This document shows, in pieces, positions 19,218 through 28,444 of a stretch of DNA of 64,000 bases (its first letter is position 1; every line of letters begins with the position of its first letter). Position numbers and translations under genes: made by a program. The stretch comes from Patescibacteria group bacterium (GTDB taxonomy: Bacteria; Patescibacteriota; Patescibacteriia; UBA10025; JAHIVO01). The stretch is from positions 36,179 to 100,178 of the forward strand of contig JBAZKE010000004.1 of the NCBI GenBank assembly GCA_041650915.1, read 5' to 3'. The notes beneath the pieces are model-generated. The model was not told the DNA's origin. It searched no databases and worked only from the letters and a program-made list of their open reading frames with translations.

Positions 19218-19503
19218 TGAACTTCTGGATGATTTCCTCTTGGGTTAGCGAAGCCTCGTCGGGCCCCGCTCGGTTGCTGGCTAGAAGTTCCGCCAGCGTC
19301 CCGACCCTGCTGGAAGTACCGGTAGCGTCGACGCGGGCCAGTCGGCCAGGCAGGTCGTACTGGCCGTTAGCTCCGTATTCGTCGCGGTAGTACTGCTGGA
19401 ACTCCTCTAACAGCATCCCGTAGGTCACGGGCGCGTCTACTATGGTTGACCACTCCAGATAATAATCTTGGCCTTGGTACGGCAACTTGACGATATAGCG
19501 TGG
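19192..19503 (-). CDS. hypothetical protein (GTG start 2 nt after upstream stop, SD aggaa)
   Basis: trimmed from track ORF 19192..19623 to remove a 115-nt overlap. Confidence 0.3.
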   Translation of the reverse strand, partial: PRYIVKLPYQGQDYYLEWSTIVDAPVTYGMLLEEFQQYYRDEYGANGQYDLPGRLARVDATGTSSRVGTLAELLASNRAGPDEASLTQEEIIQKFIAERPEEQ

Positions 19504-19508
19504 CACTT

Positions 19509-19757
19509 TTATTCCTCTTGCTCTCCGTCTCCAACGATCAACCGCAGGAACTGCGTACCTGCAGCCCAGCTGGTCTCGACCCGAAGGGCGACGTGTTGAT
19601 TGGCGAAGCGCTTGCCCAGACACAGTCGGCCACGACTGTCCAACTGCACCTCGTAGACATTGGGGTCGTCGGCCGAGCGAGAGAAATGCCGGAAGATTTT
19701 ACTGCGGCTGGGCATCTCTACTCCTCCGGGAGACTTGCCCAGAATTGCTCCAGCCAC
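19509..19757 (-). CDS. AbrB/MazE-like swapped-hairpin small protein
   Basis: VYEVQLDSRGRLCLGKRF resembles the AbrB/MraZ/MazE looped-hinge motif. Confidence 0.35.
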   Translation of the reverse strand: MAGAILGKSPGGVEMPSRSKIFRHFSRSADDPNVYEVQLDSRGRLCLGKRFANQHVALRVETSWAAGTQFLRLIVGDGEQEE

Positions 19758-20365
19758 TCATTGGCCTTGCGGTACCGCTGCAGCGTTTTCTCGATGTCCT
19801 TCGTGTAGTACTGGACGTCATCCTTGGCCTGCCGGATTTCATCGGCTAACCACGCGTCCGGCGACTGGGCTTCGGGCTCGTGGTCATGGTGTTCGTAGTT
19901 CAGCATACCGCCCGTTACGAGTTGCTCCAGCATGAACTCCTTATAGCCCTGGTGCTGGGACGTTGGGGGCGTCCACGCCTCGACCTGCTGCTTCATCGCG
20001 AGGTAGCGCTGCCGTACTGCAGCACTCTCCTCAGAACACTTCTCCCAAGCCTCGAGAGTTTTGCAGTTGTCTTTGATGCACGCCCGTTTAACTTCTGCCA
20101 CCGACATGTTCTTGAGTTTCTGCAGGCGCTCCTGGGACTCAGCCAATCGTTTCTCGCTGTAGGTGGTGTCGGGCTTCAGCACCTTGGGCGGCAGATCCTC
20201 AAGGGGATCGTCACGCATCTCCATGCACACGCCCATGCCACGAACGCACCGCAACATGAACTGCCGGAGCGTGGTGTTGGGGTTGTCGTCGATGATGCAA
20301 GTGTATCCAGTTGGCATAGTGTTAGCCCTCCTTGGCTCGCTCGAGACGTCGCTTGATCTCCTCAT
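19718..20365 (-). CDS. hypothetical protein
   Basis: 215-aa ORF. Confidence 0.4.
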   Translation of the reverse strand: MRRSSDVSSEPRRANTMPTGYTCIIDDNPNTTLRQFMLRCVRGMGVCMEMRDDPLEDLPPKVLKPDTTYSEKRLAESQERLQKLKNMSVAEVKRACIKDNCKTLEAWEKCSEESAAVRQRYLAMKQQVEAWTPPTSQHQGYKEFMLEQLVTGGMLNYEHHDHEPEAQSPDAWLADEIRQAKDDVQYYTKDIEKTLQRYRKANEWLEQFWASLPEE

Positions 20366-20771
20366 CGATGAACTTTTCCAACCGCTCAGGAAGCCATTTC
20401 TTTATGTCTCCAAACAACCAGTTGCCGATATAGCTGTCCATGTGTTTCTTCACGGCCTCAGCGAGCACGTCTCCGATTGCCTTATTCACCGCATCATTAA
20501 TCTCGCGCTTGAGCGCACAACCAGGATAGGTACTGGTCAGGGGATTTTCTTTCTCCTTGCTGTCTTTCCATTCCTGGAACCTCTTCCTGGTGGCTTCCTC
20601 AATTAACCCGCGCCACTCCTGCTCCAATTCCTTCATTTGGGTACTGTTAAGCAGCGATTTCAGATGCCTGGAGGCAAACTCATTGGCGATCTGCTGTCGG
20701 ATGCCGATCTCGATCTCGGTGTCTCCCCCGATGAGTCGCTCAAGAGCAGGCAGATTCAGTTCCAGTTTCAT
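20322..20771 (-). CDS. hypothetical coiled-coil protein
   Basis: 149-aa ORF. Confidence 0.4.
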   Translation of the reverse strand: MKLELNLPALERLIGGDTEIEIGIRQQIANEFASRHLKSLLNSTQMKELEQEWRGLIEEATRKRFQEWKDSKEKENPLTSTYPGCALKREINDAVNKAIGDVLAEAVKKHMDSYIGNWLFGDIKKWLPERLEKFIDEEIKRRLERAKEG

Positions 20772-20800
20772 AGTGTTCTCCTGTTGTTTTATACTTCATA

Positions 20801-21358
20801 TTATCCGTGTCGAGCCATCCAGATGGCACCGGCGCCGAACAGCAGCAGGCTCGCGATGACACCCAGCCACCACAGAAAAGTGTTCATCGGGTATACTGAA
20901 ATTCCATCCGGCACCGTGATGCCGTCCTTGTCCAGCAGCGTCTCGCGCAACTTGAGCAGGAGATTGCTGCGCTCCAACTGCGTTGTCGTGGTCGTGACCT
21001 TCGTGAGTTCCTGCTGGGCTGACTTGAGGTTGTGGTACCAAAAACCAACATCCTCGTCGGGTGTGTTCCACAGGACCGAGGTGTAGCCCTGGGTCAGGTG
21101 CTTGGCCTCGATGTACTTCAGGGCCTTCCCGAGTTCCTGGTGGGCCGTTTCGACGGTGTTGGCGTCCGCGGCACGTTTGAGGTAACCGCCACAGTTCTGG
21201 TCAAAATCGATGGCACAGACGGCGCGGACCCCGCCCCAGATCAGCAGAACCAAGGCCGCCAGGCCCATCACGATGAAGTACCAAACTTGGTTGTCGGACT
21301 GGTAACGATTGTAGTACATTTTGTTTCTCCTGTTGGTCGTATTGTTACTGTGCCACAA
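20801..21358 (-). CDS. membrane protein (N- and C-terminal TM helices)
   Basis: hydrophobic segments WYFIVMGLAALVLLIWGGV and WWLGVIASLLLFGAGAIW. Confidence 0.45.
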   Translation of the reverse strand: MWHSNNTTNRRNKMYYNRYQSDNQVWYFIVMGLAALVLLIWGGVRAVCAIDFDQNCGGYLKRAADANTVETAHQELGKALKYIEAKHLTQGYTSVLWNTPDEDVGFWYHNLKSAQQELTKVTTTTTQLERSNLLLKLRETLLDKDGITVPDGISVYPMNTFLWWLGVIASLLLFGAGAIWMARHG

Positions 21359-21370
21359 ATACAGCAGTTG

Positions 21371-21778
21371 TCAAGGCCATTTTACGTCGAGGTCGTGCCG
21401 GCGTAGCGTTTTGATGATGCGGAGCAGCACAATGTCGTGGTCCATCTGCAAAACGTTGACCCGGCGCTCCAGATGGTCAAGCCGTTCAATTGGGCTGGCA
21501 TCCAGACTCGGCGCGACATCGGCAAGACGGTGCTGGTGGAACTGACTATGGAGGTGGTCAACGGTCTTTTCCAGACGCTTGGCTTCGATGGTCATGATTT
21601 CCAATCGGTGCTGCAACCGTTCCTGCTGGTTGTGTTGCCGCATGACCATGGTGCCGAGATCGTCCATTTTCTCGCGGTAAGCTGTGTTTTCTTTGCCCAG
21701 ACAGTATTGTGCCCCAACGGCCATAATGCCGTACACAATGACGACTATCCAGAGTACAATTTTTGTATTATTCGTCAT
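21371..21778 (-). CDS. single-pass membrane protein
   Basis: N-terminal TM IVLWIVVIVYGIMAVGA. Confidence 0.4.
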   Translation of the reverse strand: MTNNTKIVLWIVVIVYGIMAVGAQYCLGKENTAYREKMDDLGTMVMRQHNQQERLQHRLEIMTIEAKRLEKTVDHLHSQFHQHRLADVAPSLDASPIERLDHLERRVNVLQMDHDIVLLRIIKTLRRHDLDVKWP

Positions 21779-22152
21779 GGCGTTTCCTCACAGAGACTCA
21801 GGGGAATTTCTTTGCCTTGCGTGTCGTCCGGCACCAAGCACAGGTAAGTTTTGCCGGCACTTTTGACCCGATAGCCGTAGATCTTGCCACTGGATTTGCC
21901 GACCAACTGGATCTCGGCATCGGGACTGAACCGAGGTTTCAGGATTTTATGCACTCGGGCGACAGCCTTTTTCTGTGCCTCATTTTCGCCGAACCAGAAC
22001 AAGAGGTAGAAAAGAGCTGGCACAGCCAGCACAAACCCAGCGGCCACGAGACCTATTTTAGTGTTGTCCTTCATTTGTTCAGCCTCTTTCGTGCCGCGTC
22101 GATGGCCTCCGCCATGGGGCCGAAATCTGTGCGGCCATACCATCTGTCCCAC
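21775..22152 (-). CDS. single-pass membrane protein
   Basis: TM LVAAGFVLAVPALFYLLFWF. Confidence 0.4.
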   Translation of the reverse strand: MGQMVWPHRFRPHGGGHRRGTKEAEQMKDNTKIGLVAAGFVLAVPALFYLLFWFGENEAQKKAVARVHKILKPRFSPDAEIQLVGKSSGKIYGYRVKSAGKTYLCLVPDDTQGKEIPLSLCEETP

Positions 22153-22427
22153 GTCTCGACGACGGCTCGGAGCAGTCCCAGCAGTTCCTCCGTGGTGGCC
22201 TCCTCGGCCCGAAGTGCTGCGGTTTCCTTATCGAGCAGCACCATGCTGTCCAGTGCGGCCGACGCGGCGTTGTCGCGCTCCTTTGCCAGACGCTCGATCG
22301 TAAGCCGCTGTTCAGCTAGTTCGGCGCGAAGTGCCGCATCCTCTTCTGCGTGCTCAAACACTAGGTCGGTCAGCGTCTTGATTTCCTCAAGAATTTTATT
22401 GTAGGCGTCCATGCTCATTTCGCGCAC
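22071..22427 (-). CDS. coiled-coil protein (paralog family with 22669..23250 and 24368..24646)
   Basis: shared C-terminal motif LLGLLRAVVETWDR...AIDAARKRL. Confidence 0.4.
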   Translation of the reverse strand: MREMSMDAYNKILEEIKTLTDLVFEHAEEDAALRAELAEQRLTIERLAKERDNAASAALDSMVLLDKETAALRAEEATTEELLGLLRAVVETWDRWYGRTDFGPMAEAIDAARKRLNK

Positions 22428-22672
22428 TCCACGATTTTGTACTCGACTCGGCCTTCGTACATGATCGTCACGGTTACGGGTAGCTCGCCCGGCAGGAATG
22501 GGCGGACTGCTACCACCAGAGCAGAATGATCATGGTTGGCCGAGATGACCTTTTGCCCACAGGGCAGGCGCACCACCCTGCCCTCACCTCTGCCCCACGG
22601 CTGGTCATTCGTGCAGGATGTCAGCAGTGTCAGTCCGACCAGGATTACTTTGAGCATTACGCAGGTTCTCAT
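22415..22672 (-). CDS. small lipoprotein (paralog of 24634..24954)
   Basis: LTSC lipobox; shared CGQKV(I/V)S and RPF.PGE motifs. Confidence 0.4.
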   Translation of the reverse strand: MRTCVMLKVILVGLTLLTSCTNDQPWGRGEGRVVRLPCGQKVISANHDHSALVVAVRPFLPGELPVTVTIMYEGRVEYKIVECAK

Positions 22673-23250
22673 TTCCCCAACCTCTTTCGCGCTGCGTCAA
22701 TTGCCGCGTCGGTTGCATCAACATCTTGGTCGTACGCCTCGATGATGGCGCAGAGTAGCCCCAGTAACTCTTTTGTGATAGAGGCGTTGCTGGTCCGTTC
22801 TTCTGCGACCATGCGCTTGGTCTCGGCCAGTTCGGCGCGGAGCGCGTCGTAGCGACGTCGCAGGTCAAGTACATCCTGGTAGGACGCACTCCATCCGTAA
22901 GCATCCCGCTCCGCTGGATCTCCCGTGTAGCCCAGCGCCGCGACCGAACAGCCGGCGAGTTGCACGCGCAGTCGTTCCACCTCGTTCCGCACCTCATCCC
23001 GTTCCCGGGTGGCGACCATGAAACCCTTCTGTAGGGTGATGCCCTCCTGGATCAGCGCGGAGATCCTCTCTTCGGCGAGGGCCTGGTTTCGCTCGGCCAC
23101 TAGGGCTGCGTTTGCTGTGCACGTCATCTCGGTGTTTTGCTGTTCAACTTCTCGCCACACAGTGTGACACGCTTCGCACCCAAACCTACCGTCAGCAAGT
23201 TTTTCTACGCCATAACTATGCCTACATTTAGGGCAATTCGGATCGCTCAT
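22669..23250 (-). CDS. coiled-coil protein with N-terminal Cys4 (CPKC...CEAC)
   Basis: 193-aa ORF; C-terminus paralogous to 22071..22427. Confidence 0.45.
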   Translation of the reverse strand: MSDPNCPKCRHSYGVEKLADGRFGCEACHTVWREVEQQNTEMTCTANAALVAERNQALAEERISALIQEGITLQKGFMVATRERDEVRNEVERLRVQLAGCSVAALGYTGDPAERDAYGWSASYQDVLDLRRRYDALRAELAETKRMVAEERTSNASITKELLGLLCAIIEAYDQDVDATDAAIDAARKRLGK

Positions 23251-23254
23251 CTTT

Positions 23255-23950
23255 TCACCTCACTAGACGCTCATATCCAGGCGGCGGGGCACAGAAAATA
23301 CCGTGTTCGTCTTCGTCCGAGGTACGCGCTAGAGCGGCCCGCAGACGTTCGGCCTCGGCACGGGCGGAATCCAAATCACGGCAGCCCGCGCATGGACCTT
23401 CCCGTAGCGCGATGACGTCATCACGAAATGCGTTTCTTTCCTGACGCAATTCGCGGACTTCCGCTTTGAGCTGGTCAAGCGGCGACGGGATGTCATTGCA
23501 CACCGGACACAGCACCGTGCGGTTGTCATCGTACCGATAATTGCCCTTGGCTGGACGGAAACCACACTCGTCACAGATTTCAGGTTCTGGCTCTTCTGGC
23601 TCACGCCAGACTTCCTGCGTGGGCTGCGGAGTAGGAATTAGAGATTTGAGCCTGACGATCTCGGCTTCGGCTTTAACAACAGCATCACGCGTCGCGCCCA
23701 ACTGGTGCATACTGTCGATGTACTGGGCCTGTAGCCGCTCCATCTCGGCGCGCATGGCGGTGCGCTCCTGAATCATCTCCCAGGCACCAGCCCGCAACAC
23801 TTCTGCGTCGTTTTTGTACGACTCGGCCAGTTCTCGCTGATGCTTGGCTTCGGCCTCTGCCTTACATAAGTCACAGTTTTGCTCGGCGTAATGGCTGGTA
23901 TTGCCTTGGTGCTTGGCGCAATAATGATTTCCTGGCAGTGCTGATTTCAT
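23255..23950 (-). CDS. coiled-coil protein with LPGNHYCxKHQG...QNCDLCKAEA N-terminal motif
   Basis: 231-aa ORF; paralog of 23963..24355. Confidence 0.45.
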   Translation of the reverse strand: MKSALPGNHYCAKHQGNTSHYAEQNCDLCKAEAEAKHQRELAESYKNDAEVLRAGAWEMIQERTAMRAEMERLQAQYIDSMHQLGATRDAVVKAEAEIVRLKSLIPTPQPTQEVWREPEEPEPEICDECGFRPAKGNYRYDDNRTVLCPVCNDIPSPLDQLKAEVRELRQERNAFRDDVIALREGPCAGCRDLDSARAEAERLRAALARTSDEDEHGIFCAPPPGYERLVR

Positions 23951-23962
23951 GGTGACCTCACG

Positions 23963-24355
23963 TTAAACACCGTGTAGTGCGCGTAACCTTTCGGCGGTGC
24001 TGGCCACGACATCCAAAACGTCGTAAGCTCGCTGTAGCTCACGTTTGATTACCGCCAATTTGTCCTCGGCTTCCTCGGCCCGCCGGGCCTCCGACTGGAC
24101 CGCCAGTCGCTCCTGCTCGATTTGAGCCAACGCAGTATCCCGCTCGGACCGCAACTTCCGTTGCTCATCCACCAACTCGGCCACTACGGCACGCTGAAGA
24201 GCAGCATCGTACTCGGCTTTCTCGGCCCTGGAGACAGCATCGCGTGTTGCGGCTTCGGCCTTGCACAAGTCGCAGTTTTGGTCAGCATAGCGACCGGCAT
24301 CGCCTTGGTGCTTGGTGCAATAGTGATTCCCGGGCAGCGCTGTATCGGCCTTCAC
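23963..24355 (-). CDS. coiled-coil protein, paralog of 23255..23950
   Basis: same N-terminal Cys motif. Confidence 0.4.
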   Translation of the reverse strand: MKADTALPGNHYCTKHQGDAGRYADQNCDLCKAEAATRDAVSRAEKAEYDAALQRAVVAELVDEQRKLRSERDTALAQIEQERLAVQSEARRAEEAEDKLAVIKRELQRAYDVLDVVASTAERLRALHGV

Positions 24356-24367
24356 AGTAGCCTCCTG

Positions 24368-24646
24368 CTAAACACCGTATAGTACTCTTAACTTTTCGAT
24401 AGTAATGTTCATGTCAGCCAGCGCGGCCTCGGCTTTTTTAGCCCGCAATACAGCACTGTCACGCTCGGCTTCTAGTTTGGTGATGCGGGCAAGCAATCCT
24501 TCGATTTCGGCGTGCATCACGACCCGCTGCTGCTGCTCCTGCTTTACTTGAGCCAAAGCAGTATCTCGTTCGGCCGTCAGTACTTCCAACTTGAACGCCA
24601 CGGCGCTTTCGTCCAGCACATCCTGAAGTGTCGTCATGGCCAACAC
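24368..24646 (-). CDS. small coiled-coil protein
   Basis: 92-aa ORF. Confidence 0.35.
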   Translation of the reverse strand: MLAMTTLQDVLDESAVAFKLEVLTAERDTALAQVKQEQQQRVVMHAEIEGLLARITKLEAERDSAVLRAKKAEAALADMNITIEKLRVLYGV

Positions 24647-24954
24647 TCCTGGAACACCACCTTGCCGTCACCCGTGAACGTTCGACTACCCCAGTCCTTC
24701 TTTTGTCGAAAAGTCACGGGTTCAGGCTTCTCGCCGGGCCTGAACGGGCGCGTGAGGTACCACAGATCGTTTTCGTCTTTCCAGGTCGTGCTGACGACTT
24801 TTTGCCCACACTGCACCTTGACGACTGCGGTGCCGCCAAAATTTTTGGCGCGGTCCTGGGCGGTACAGCTGGGGATATAGATCGCTACAAGTGCGAGTAC
24901 GAACATCAGCATCCCCACGCCAAGCATGAATGTGTCGCTGTTGTCTTGCCGCAT
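24634..24954 (-). CDS. small lipoprotein (paralog of 22415..22672)
   Basis: IPSC lipobox; shared motifs. Confidence 0.4.
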   Translation of the reverse strand: MRQDNSDTFMLGVGMLMFVLALVAIYIPSCTAQDRAKNFGGTAVVKVQCGQKVVSTTWKDENDLWYLTRPFRPGEKPEPVTFRQKKDWGSRTFTGDGKVVFQECWP

Positions 24955-24956
24955 GA

Positions 24957-25403
24957 TTACTTCTCCTCCTTGTTCGTTTCTCGCTCGATCTCGACTTCCA
25001 GGTTGGCCGCCGAGAGCAACCGCTCCATCTTGGCAATGCGGCGCTGAGCCTGCCGCGCCGCGTGATCCTGTCGCCGCTGCTCAATGCGCTGCACCCAACG
25101 GCGCAGCACCTTCAGTAGACACGTCTGCTCAATTGGCGTCAAGACAATGTCTGGGCTCGACACCGTTCCGTGACTCAGATTCACCATGACGACTTCATCG
25201 AGATCTTTGAACCGTCGATCACGTCGGTACACCACGGTAACGTGATCTTGGTCGAAATTTCGTACCAAAACCATCACGTTGTAGCTACCGATAGTCGGCG
25301 GTTTTCCAGATGGACCCCAGTCACGCTGAATGGTCCAGTCCCGACGATTCTTGAGAGACTGTTGAAGCAGCTTGACGAATGGACGAATTTTGGTGGTGCT
25401 CAT
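24957..25403 (-). CDS. hypothetical protein, IRPFV..LKQ.LK.R family (paralogs at 33629..34132 and 34148..34552)
   Basis: 148-aa ORF; a conserved promoter module sits immediately upstream. Confidence 0.45.
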   Translation of the reverse strand: MSTTKIRPFVKLLQQSLKNRRDWTIQRDWGPSGKPPTIGSYNVMVLVRNFDQDHVTVVYRRDRRFKDLDEVVMVNLSHGTVSSPDIVLTPIEQTCLLKVLRRWVQRIEQRRQDHAARQAQRRIAKMERLLSAANLEVEIERETNKEEK

Positions 25404-25409
25404 GTTGTA

Positions 25410-25437
25410 TTTGTACCAGACGATCAGCAGTTGTCAA
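25410..25437 (-). promoter_or_regulatory. conserved phage promoter module (TTGACAACTGCTG...TGGTACAAA)
   Basis: -35 TTGACA and TGnTACAAA extended -10; the ATG lies about 6 nt downstream. Confidence 0.45.
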
Positions 25438-25978
25438 GCCGTTTGTGCAGCGTTACGGTGTAGTGGCTATTCGATGGTGTAACCGTTGCGCTGGAGCCGT
25501 TGAGTCGAGTGGTTAACTTCATTCGGGTATTTCGGTGTGCATGTAGGCAGCGTTCGTTGTGGTAAAATTCAGATTTTCTGGCGATTTCCACCATGGACAT
25601 GAGCAAGTAATGGAACACGTGCAGTGTGCGCAGGTGCTCGTCTTCGGAGATCAGATTTCCGTAGATTGGACCGTCATAGCGCAGACCGTCATTACACCAC
25701 GCACGTGATGCGTGATAGTCAAGGTACTGTTCGACTACACCATCAAAACGCTCTACGCGGTAGACATATTCTAACTTGCCTGGTGACAAAAGGAACGCAT
25801 TGGTTTCGTCTTCACCTAGATTTAGAAACGTGTCGGAATTCACCTGTTTGGCGCGACACCGCAAGATCTCAACTACTTCGTCCTGTGGTGTAGCCATCGT
25901 GATATCTTTGCGGCTTATGGCTAATTCGGCCGCTTCTTTGTTCCGTAACTCCAGATTGCTCGGTAGTTCTGCGCTCAT
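25424..25978 (-). CDS. hypothetical protein
   Basis: 184-aa ORF; promoter module ends 5 nt before the ATG. Confidence 0.45.
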   Translation of the reverse strand: MSAELPSNLELRNKEAAELAISRKDITMATPQDEVVEILRCRAKQVNSDTFLNLGEDETNAFLLSPGKLEYVYRVERFDGVVEQYLDYHASRAWCNDGLRYDGPIYGNLISEDEHLRTLHVFHYLLMSMVEIARKSEFYHNERCLHAHRNTRMKLTTRLNGSSATVTPSNSHYTVTLHKRLDNC

Positions 25979-25984
25979 GCTGTA

Positions 25985-26012
25985 GTTGTACCAGATGGCC
26001 AGCAGTTGTCAA
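25985..26012 (-). promoter_or_regulatory. conserved phage promoter module TTGACAACTGCTGGCCATCTGGTACAAC
   Basis: near-identical copies at 32031..32058 and 32445..32472. Confidence 0.5.
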
Positions 26013-26341
26013 GTCGATTCTGCGAGCGAAAGAAACAGTTTCAGCTCGGCGATAAACTCACCGAACCGCTCCAGCATGATTTCGATTTCCTCAAGGCTCG
26101 AGAACCACACGGGCGCTTGTGGCTGCCCCAAAAATACCTGCAGCACAGGATTGTGCGGTGTCAAGAGGTAGCGATGGCCACCAGCCTCCAACGCCAGCCT
26201 CCGGTTCCATGTGACTTCTGCGACATCGTAGGCAACGACACGAGCCCCGATCATGCCGTTGCAGTCCGGCACGTCGTTTTGTAGTTCTGCCCAAACGTGC
26301 CAAGACCGAAAGGTGTCGTAGGGGGCAATCTTCGACGTCAC
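26009..26341 (-). CDS. hypothetical protein
   Basis: 110-aa ORF. Confidence 0.4.
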   Translation of the reverse strand: MTSKIAPYDTFRSWHVWAELQNDVPDCNGMIGARVVAYDVAEVTWNRRLALEAGGHRYLLTPHNPVLQVFLGQPQAPVWFSSLEEIEIMLERFGEFIAELKLFLSLAEST

Positions 26342-26478
26342 GCTCAGAGTTCAGAACAAATCGTAGTTTTGGCATGTTGGCTCCATAGGAGGAAAAATAA
26401 GCTGTAGGTATTCGGTTTTACGCCGCAGAGTCTCGTATGGCTGTAGGTTCCGCACCCCGCAGCACTAAGCCAGCGACG

Positions 26479-26955
26479 CTACAAGGCCAACGAATTTTTT
26501 CTGATGGCTGCACGAACTTGCATCAGTAGTCGCCCCAATAAATCCTGTCCTTGACCGTTCAGCCAACCCCAGACAGCATCTGTTGGCGAATCTTCATGAA
26601 TGACGCGGTCACCAGTCGCTAGAAGCAACGATTGCAGATCAGCGTGCTGCGTAAACTTAGCTAACAGCGCTGTTTTCATAACTCCGATCTTCTTTTGCTC
26701 CCAGTCTTTGGGAAGTTCTACGCGCCAGCCTAAACGTTTTGCTTGTGCTGGAGTAGACGCTGTTCTGATGACTTCTCGTGCTCCGCGTGTCGGCGCTTTC
26801 ATCGCTTGAAAATAGTGTTCAACGGTTGGATACTGTTTACCTGCTATCTCAATAACGGCTGGATAAAAGTTGCTCAGCTCTGTGTACTCATGGTGTTGAC
26901 CGTAAAACAAAATAGGCGGTTCACGTTGCGACGCGGATTTAGTCTTGGCCATCAC
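26479..26955 (-). CDS. NADAR (YbiA-like) domain protein
   Basis: FYGQHHEYTELSNFYP...YPTVEHYFQAMK...AKRLG...LLAKFTQH...LLLATGDRVIHEDSPTDAVWG...LLGRLLMQVR matches the NADAR signature along its full length. Confidence 0.7.
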   Translation of the reverse strand: MMAKTKSASQREPPILFYGQHHEYTELSNFYPAVIEIAGKQYPTVEHYFQAMKAPTRGAREVIRTASTPAQAKRLGWRVELPKDWEQKKIGVMKTALLAKFTQHADLQSLLLATGDRVIHEDSPTDAVWGWLNGQGQDLLGRLLMQVRAAIRKNSLAL

Positions 26956-26979
26956 GGCACCTCTCGTTGCTCTGGCGAT

Positions 26980-27171
26980 TTAATTCTGTGGCCCGTACAA
27001 ATCAGTATGACGCCGCTGTGCGTCTGGCTCGATAGATACAGCGGCCCAACCGGTACAATTAGAATCCCCGCAGCAGCACGGCAGCACCACCATGTGCAGA
27101 TCAAAAAACTCAATTGAGATTTTAGACCGATTGCAGTACCGCACTTTAAATTCGTCTGCCGTCAGTTTCAT
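26980..27171 (-). CDS. small Cys-rich hypothetical protein
   Basis: 63-aa ORF. Confidence 0.25.
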   Translation of the reverse strand: MKLTADEFKVRYCNRSKISIEFFDLHMVVLPCCCGDSNCTGWAAVSIEPDAQRRHTDLYGPQN

Positions 27172-27366
27172 GTTGATTCCTTATTCCGTTCCAGCGTTTT
27201 GCAGTATAACTCCATGTTGGCGCGGTCGCGTCGAGCTTCCTGCCGGCCATAACCGAGCCATACACCGTAGCCCATGGCCAGGCCCGCGAGATTTCAATCC
27301 ACACATCATTACAGCTATAAGCCACAAAGGCGATGCGTACCGATGTGGTTTTACTGTGCGGTCAGG

Positions 27367-27765
27367 TCATGCATCACCCACATTTTCTGTAGCGATCGCG
27401 CAGTCGCAATCCGCACTATTCGGCTCCTTCGGCCAGTTCGGCAGTCTGCACCACCACGCAATACCCGCCTGCGGAACAGTCGTGTAGCCGCACCAAGTAT
27501 CGCCTTTTTCTGTTGGTATTGCGGGTATACGGTCATTCAACTGGTCAGTCAAGGGTATATAGCGGCCTGGGATTTGCCCATGCGGCGTCATGCCGGAAAT
27601 GTCAATTTGTTTTGGTGCGGCTGTGCAGCGAGCACAGGTGATATGCCAAGCTCCAATGATCCAGAGACGCCAGAGTTTCACGCCAGTAACGCCGCATTCA
27701 GCACAACGGTAATCTGGTGCCACGGCATCAGAATTGTAATCAGTTTTGAGATTTTTCACGCCCAC
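27367..27765 (-). CDS. hypothetical zinc-ribbon protein
   Basis: CAECG...CARC. Confidence 0.4.
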   Translation of the reverse strand: MGVKNLKTDYNSDAVAPDYRCAECGVTGVKLWRLWIIGAWHITCARCTAAPKQIDISGMTPHGQIPGRYIPLTDQLNDRIPAIPTEKGDTWCGYTTVPQAGIAWWCRLPNWPKEPNSADCDCAIATENVGDA

Positions 27766-28091
27766 ACAAATCCTATTGACTTCAGGTAGTCAATGCTGAT
27801 GGGTTGCAAGGCAATCAGATCTCGATAGACCTGTTTGGCCTGGCTTTTGTCCGCAGGATAGAGTTCCATGCCCATGTCGTCATCGCCCCAGACACTGACG
27901 TGATACCGCCGTGCTGTGGGCTCTTCGGCTCGCGGCCACATTCTGGCCCACGTCAACCTCACGGTGTTGCCGGGGAAATTAGGACAGAACTCGTCGGTTG
28001 TAGTGATGAAACACGATTCGCGTTCACTGAAAATTTCTGCGGCCAGGGCCTTGCGCTCTCGGGTACGCTTCTTTTTCATTTCACGGGTCAT
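27756..28091 (-). CDS. hypothetical protein
   Basis: 111-aa ORF; promoter module TTGACA-N17-TACCAT sits 6 nt upstream of the ATG. Confidence 0.4.
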   Translation of the reverse strand: MTREMKKKRTRERKALAAEIFSERESCFITTTDEFCPNFPGNTVRLTWARMWPRAEEPTARRYHVSVWGDDDMGMELYPADKSQAKQVYRDLIALQPISIDYLKSIGFVWA

Positions 28092-28097
28092 GCTGAC

Positions 28098-28126
28098 ATG
28101 GTACCGTACGGCCCGGCAGTTGTCAA
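28098..28126 (-). promoter_or_regulatory. promoter (TTGACAACTGCCGG...TACCAT), near-leaderless
   Basis: shares the CAGTTGTCAAG block with the conserved module. Confidence 0.4.
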
Positions 28127-28129
28127 GTG

Positions 28130-28444
28130 CTACTCTGGCCTCCAGTAATCACCATGAGTGCGAGGAAATAGAAAAACCGTGCCTGCGGGGTACGCCCGGG
28201 TACCTCGTGGATCTCGTGGATTCCAAACCCAATACTCCCATGGCGCCAACCCGTAGAGTCGAGCCAGTTGCGCGGCTCCGATGTAGTGCTCATCGCCATC
28301 AGTCGGACTCGTGATCCGGTGGGGGTACAGAACGAAACGCCTCGGCATCCTATTCCTCACTGAACCCATAGAGTTGGCTGCGGCGTTTCGTGACCTTGAG
28401 TATCCAAGGATCATCCAGAAATTCTTGCTTGCCGACGTCAACAC
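28130..28444 (-). CDS. hypothetical protein
   Basis: 104-aa ORF. Confidence 0.35.
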   Translation of the reverse strand: MLTSASKNFWMILGYSRSRNAAANSMGSVRNRMPRRFVLYPHRITSPTDGDEHYIGAAQLARLYGLAPWEYWVWNPRDPRGTRAYPAGTVFLFPRTHGDYWRPE

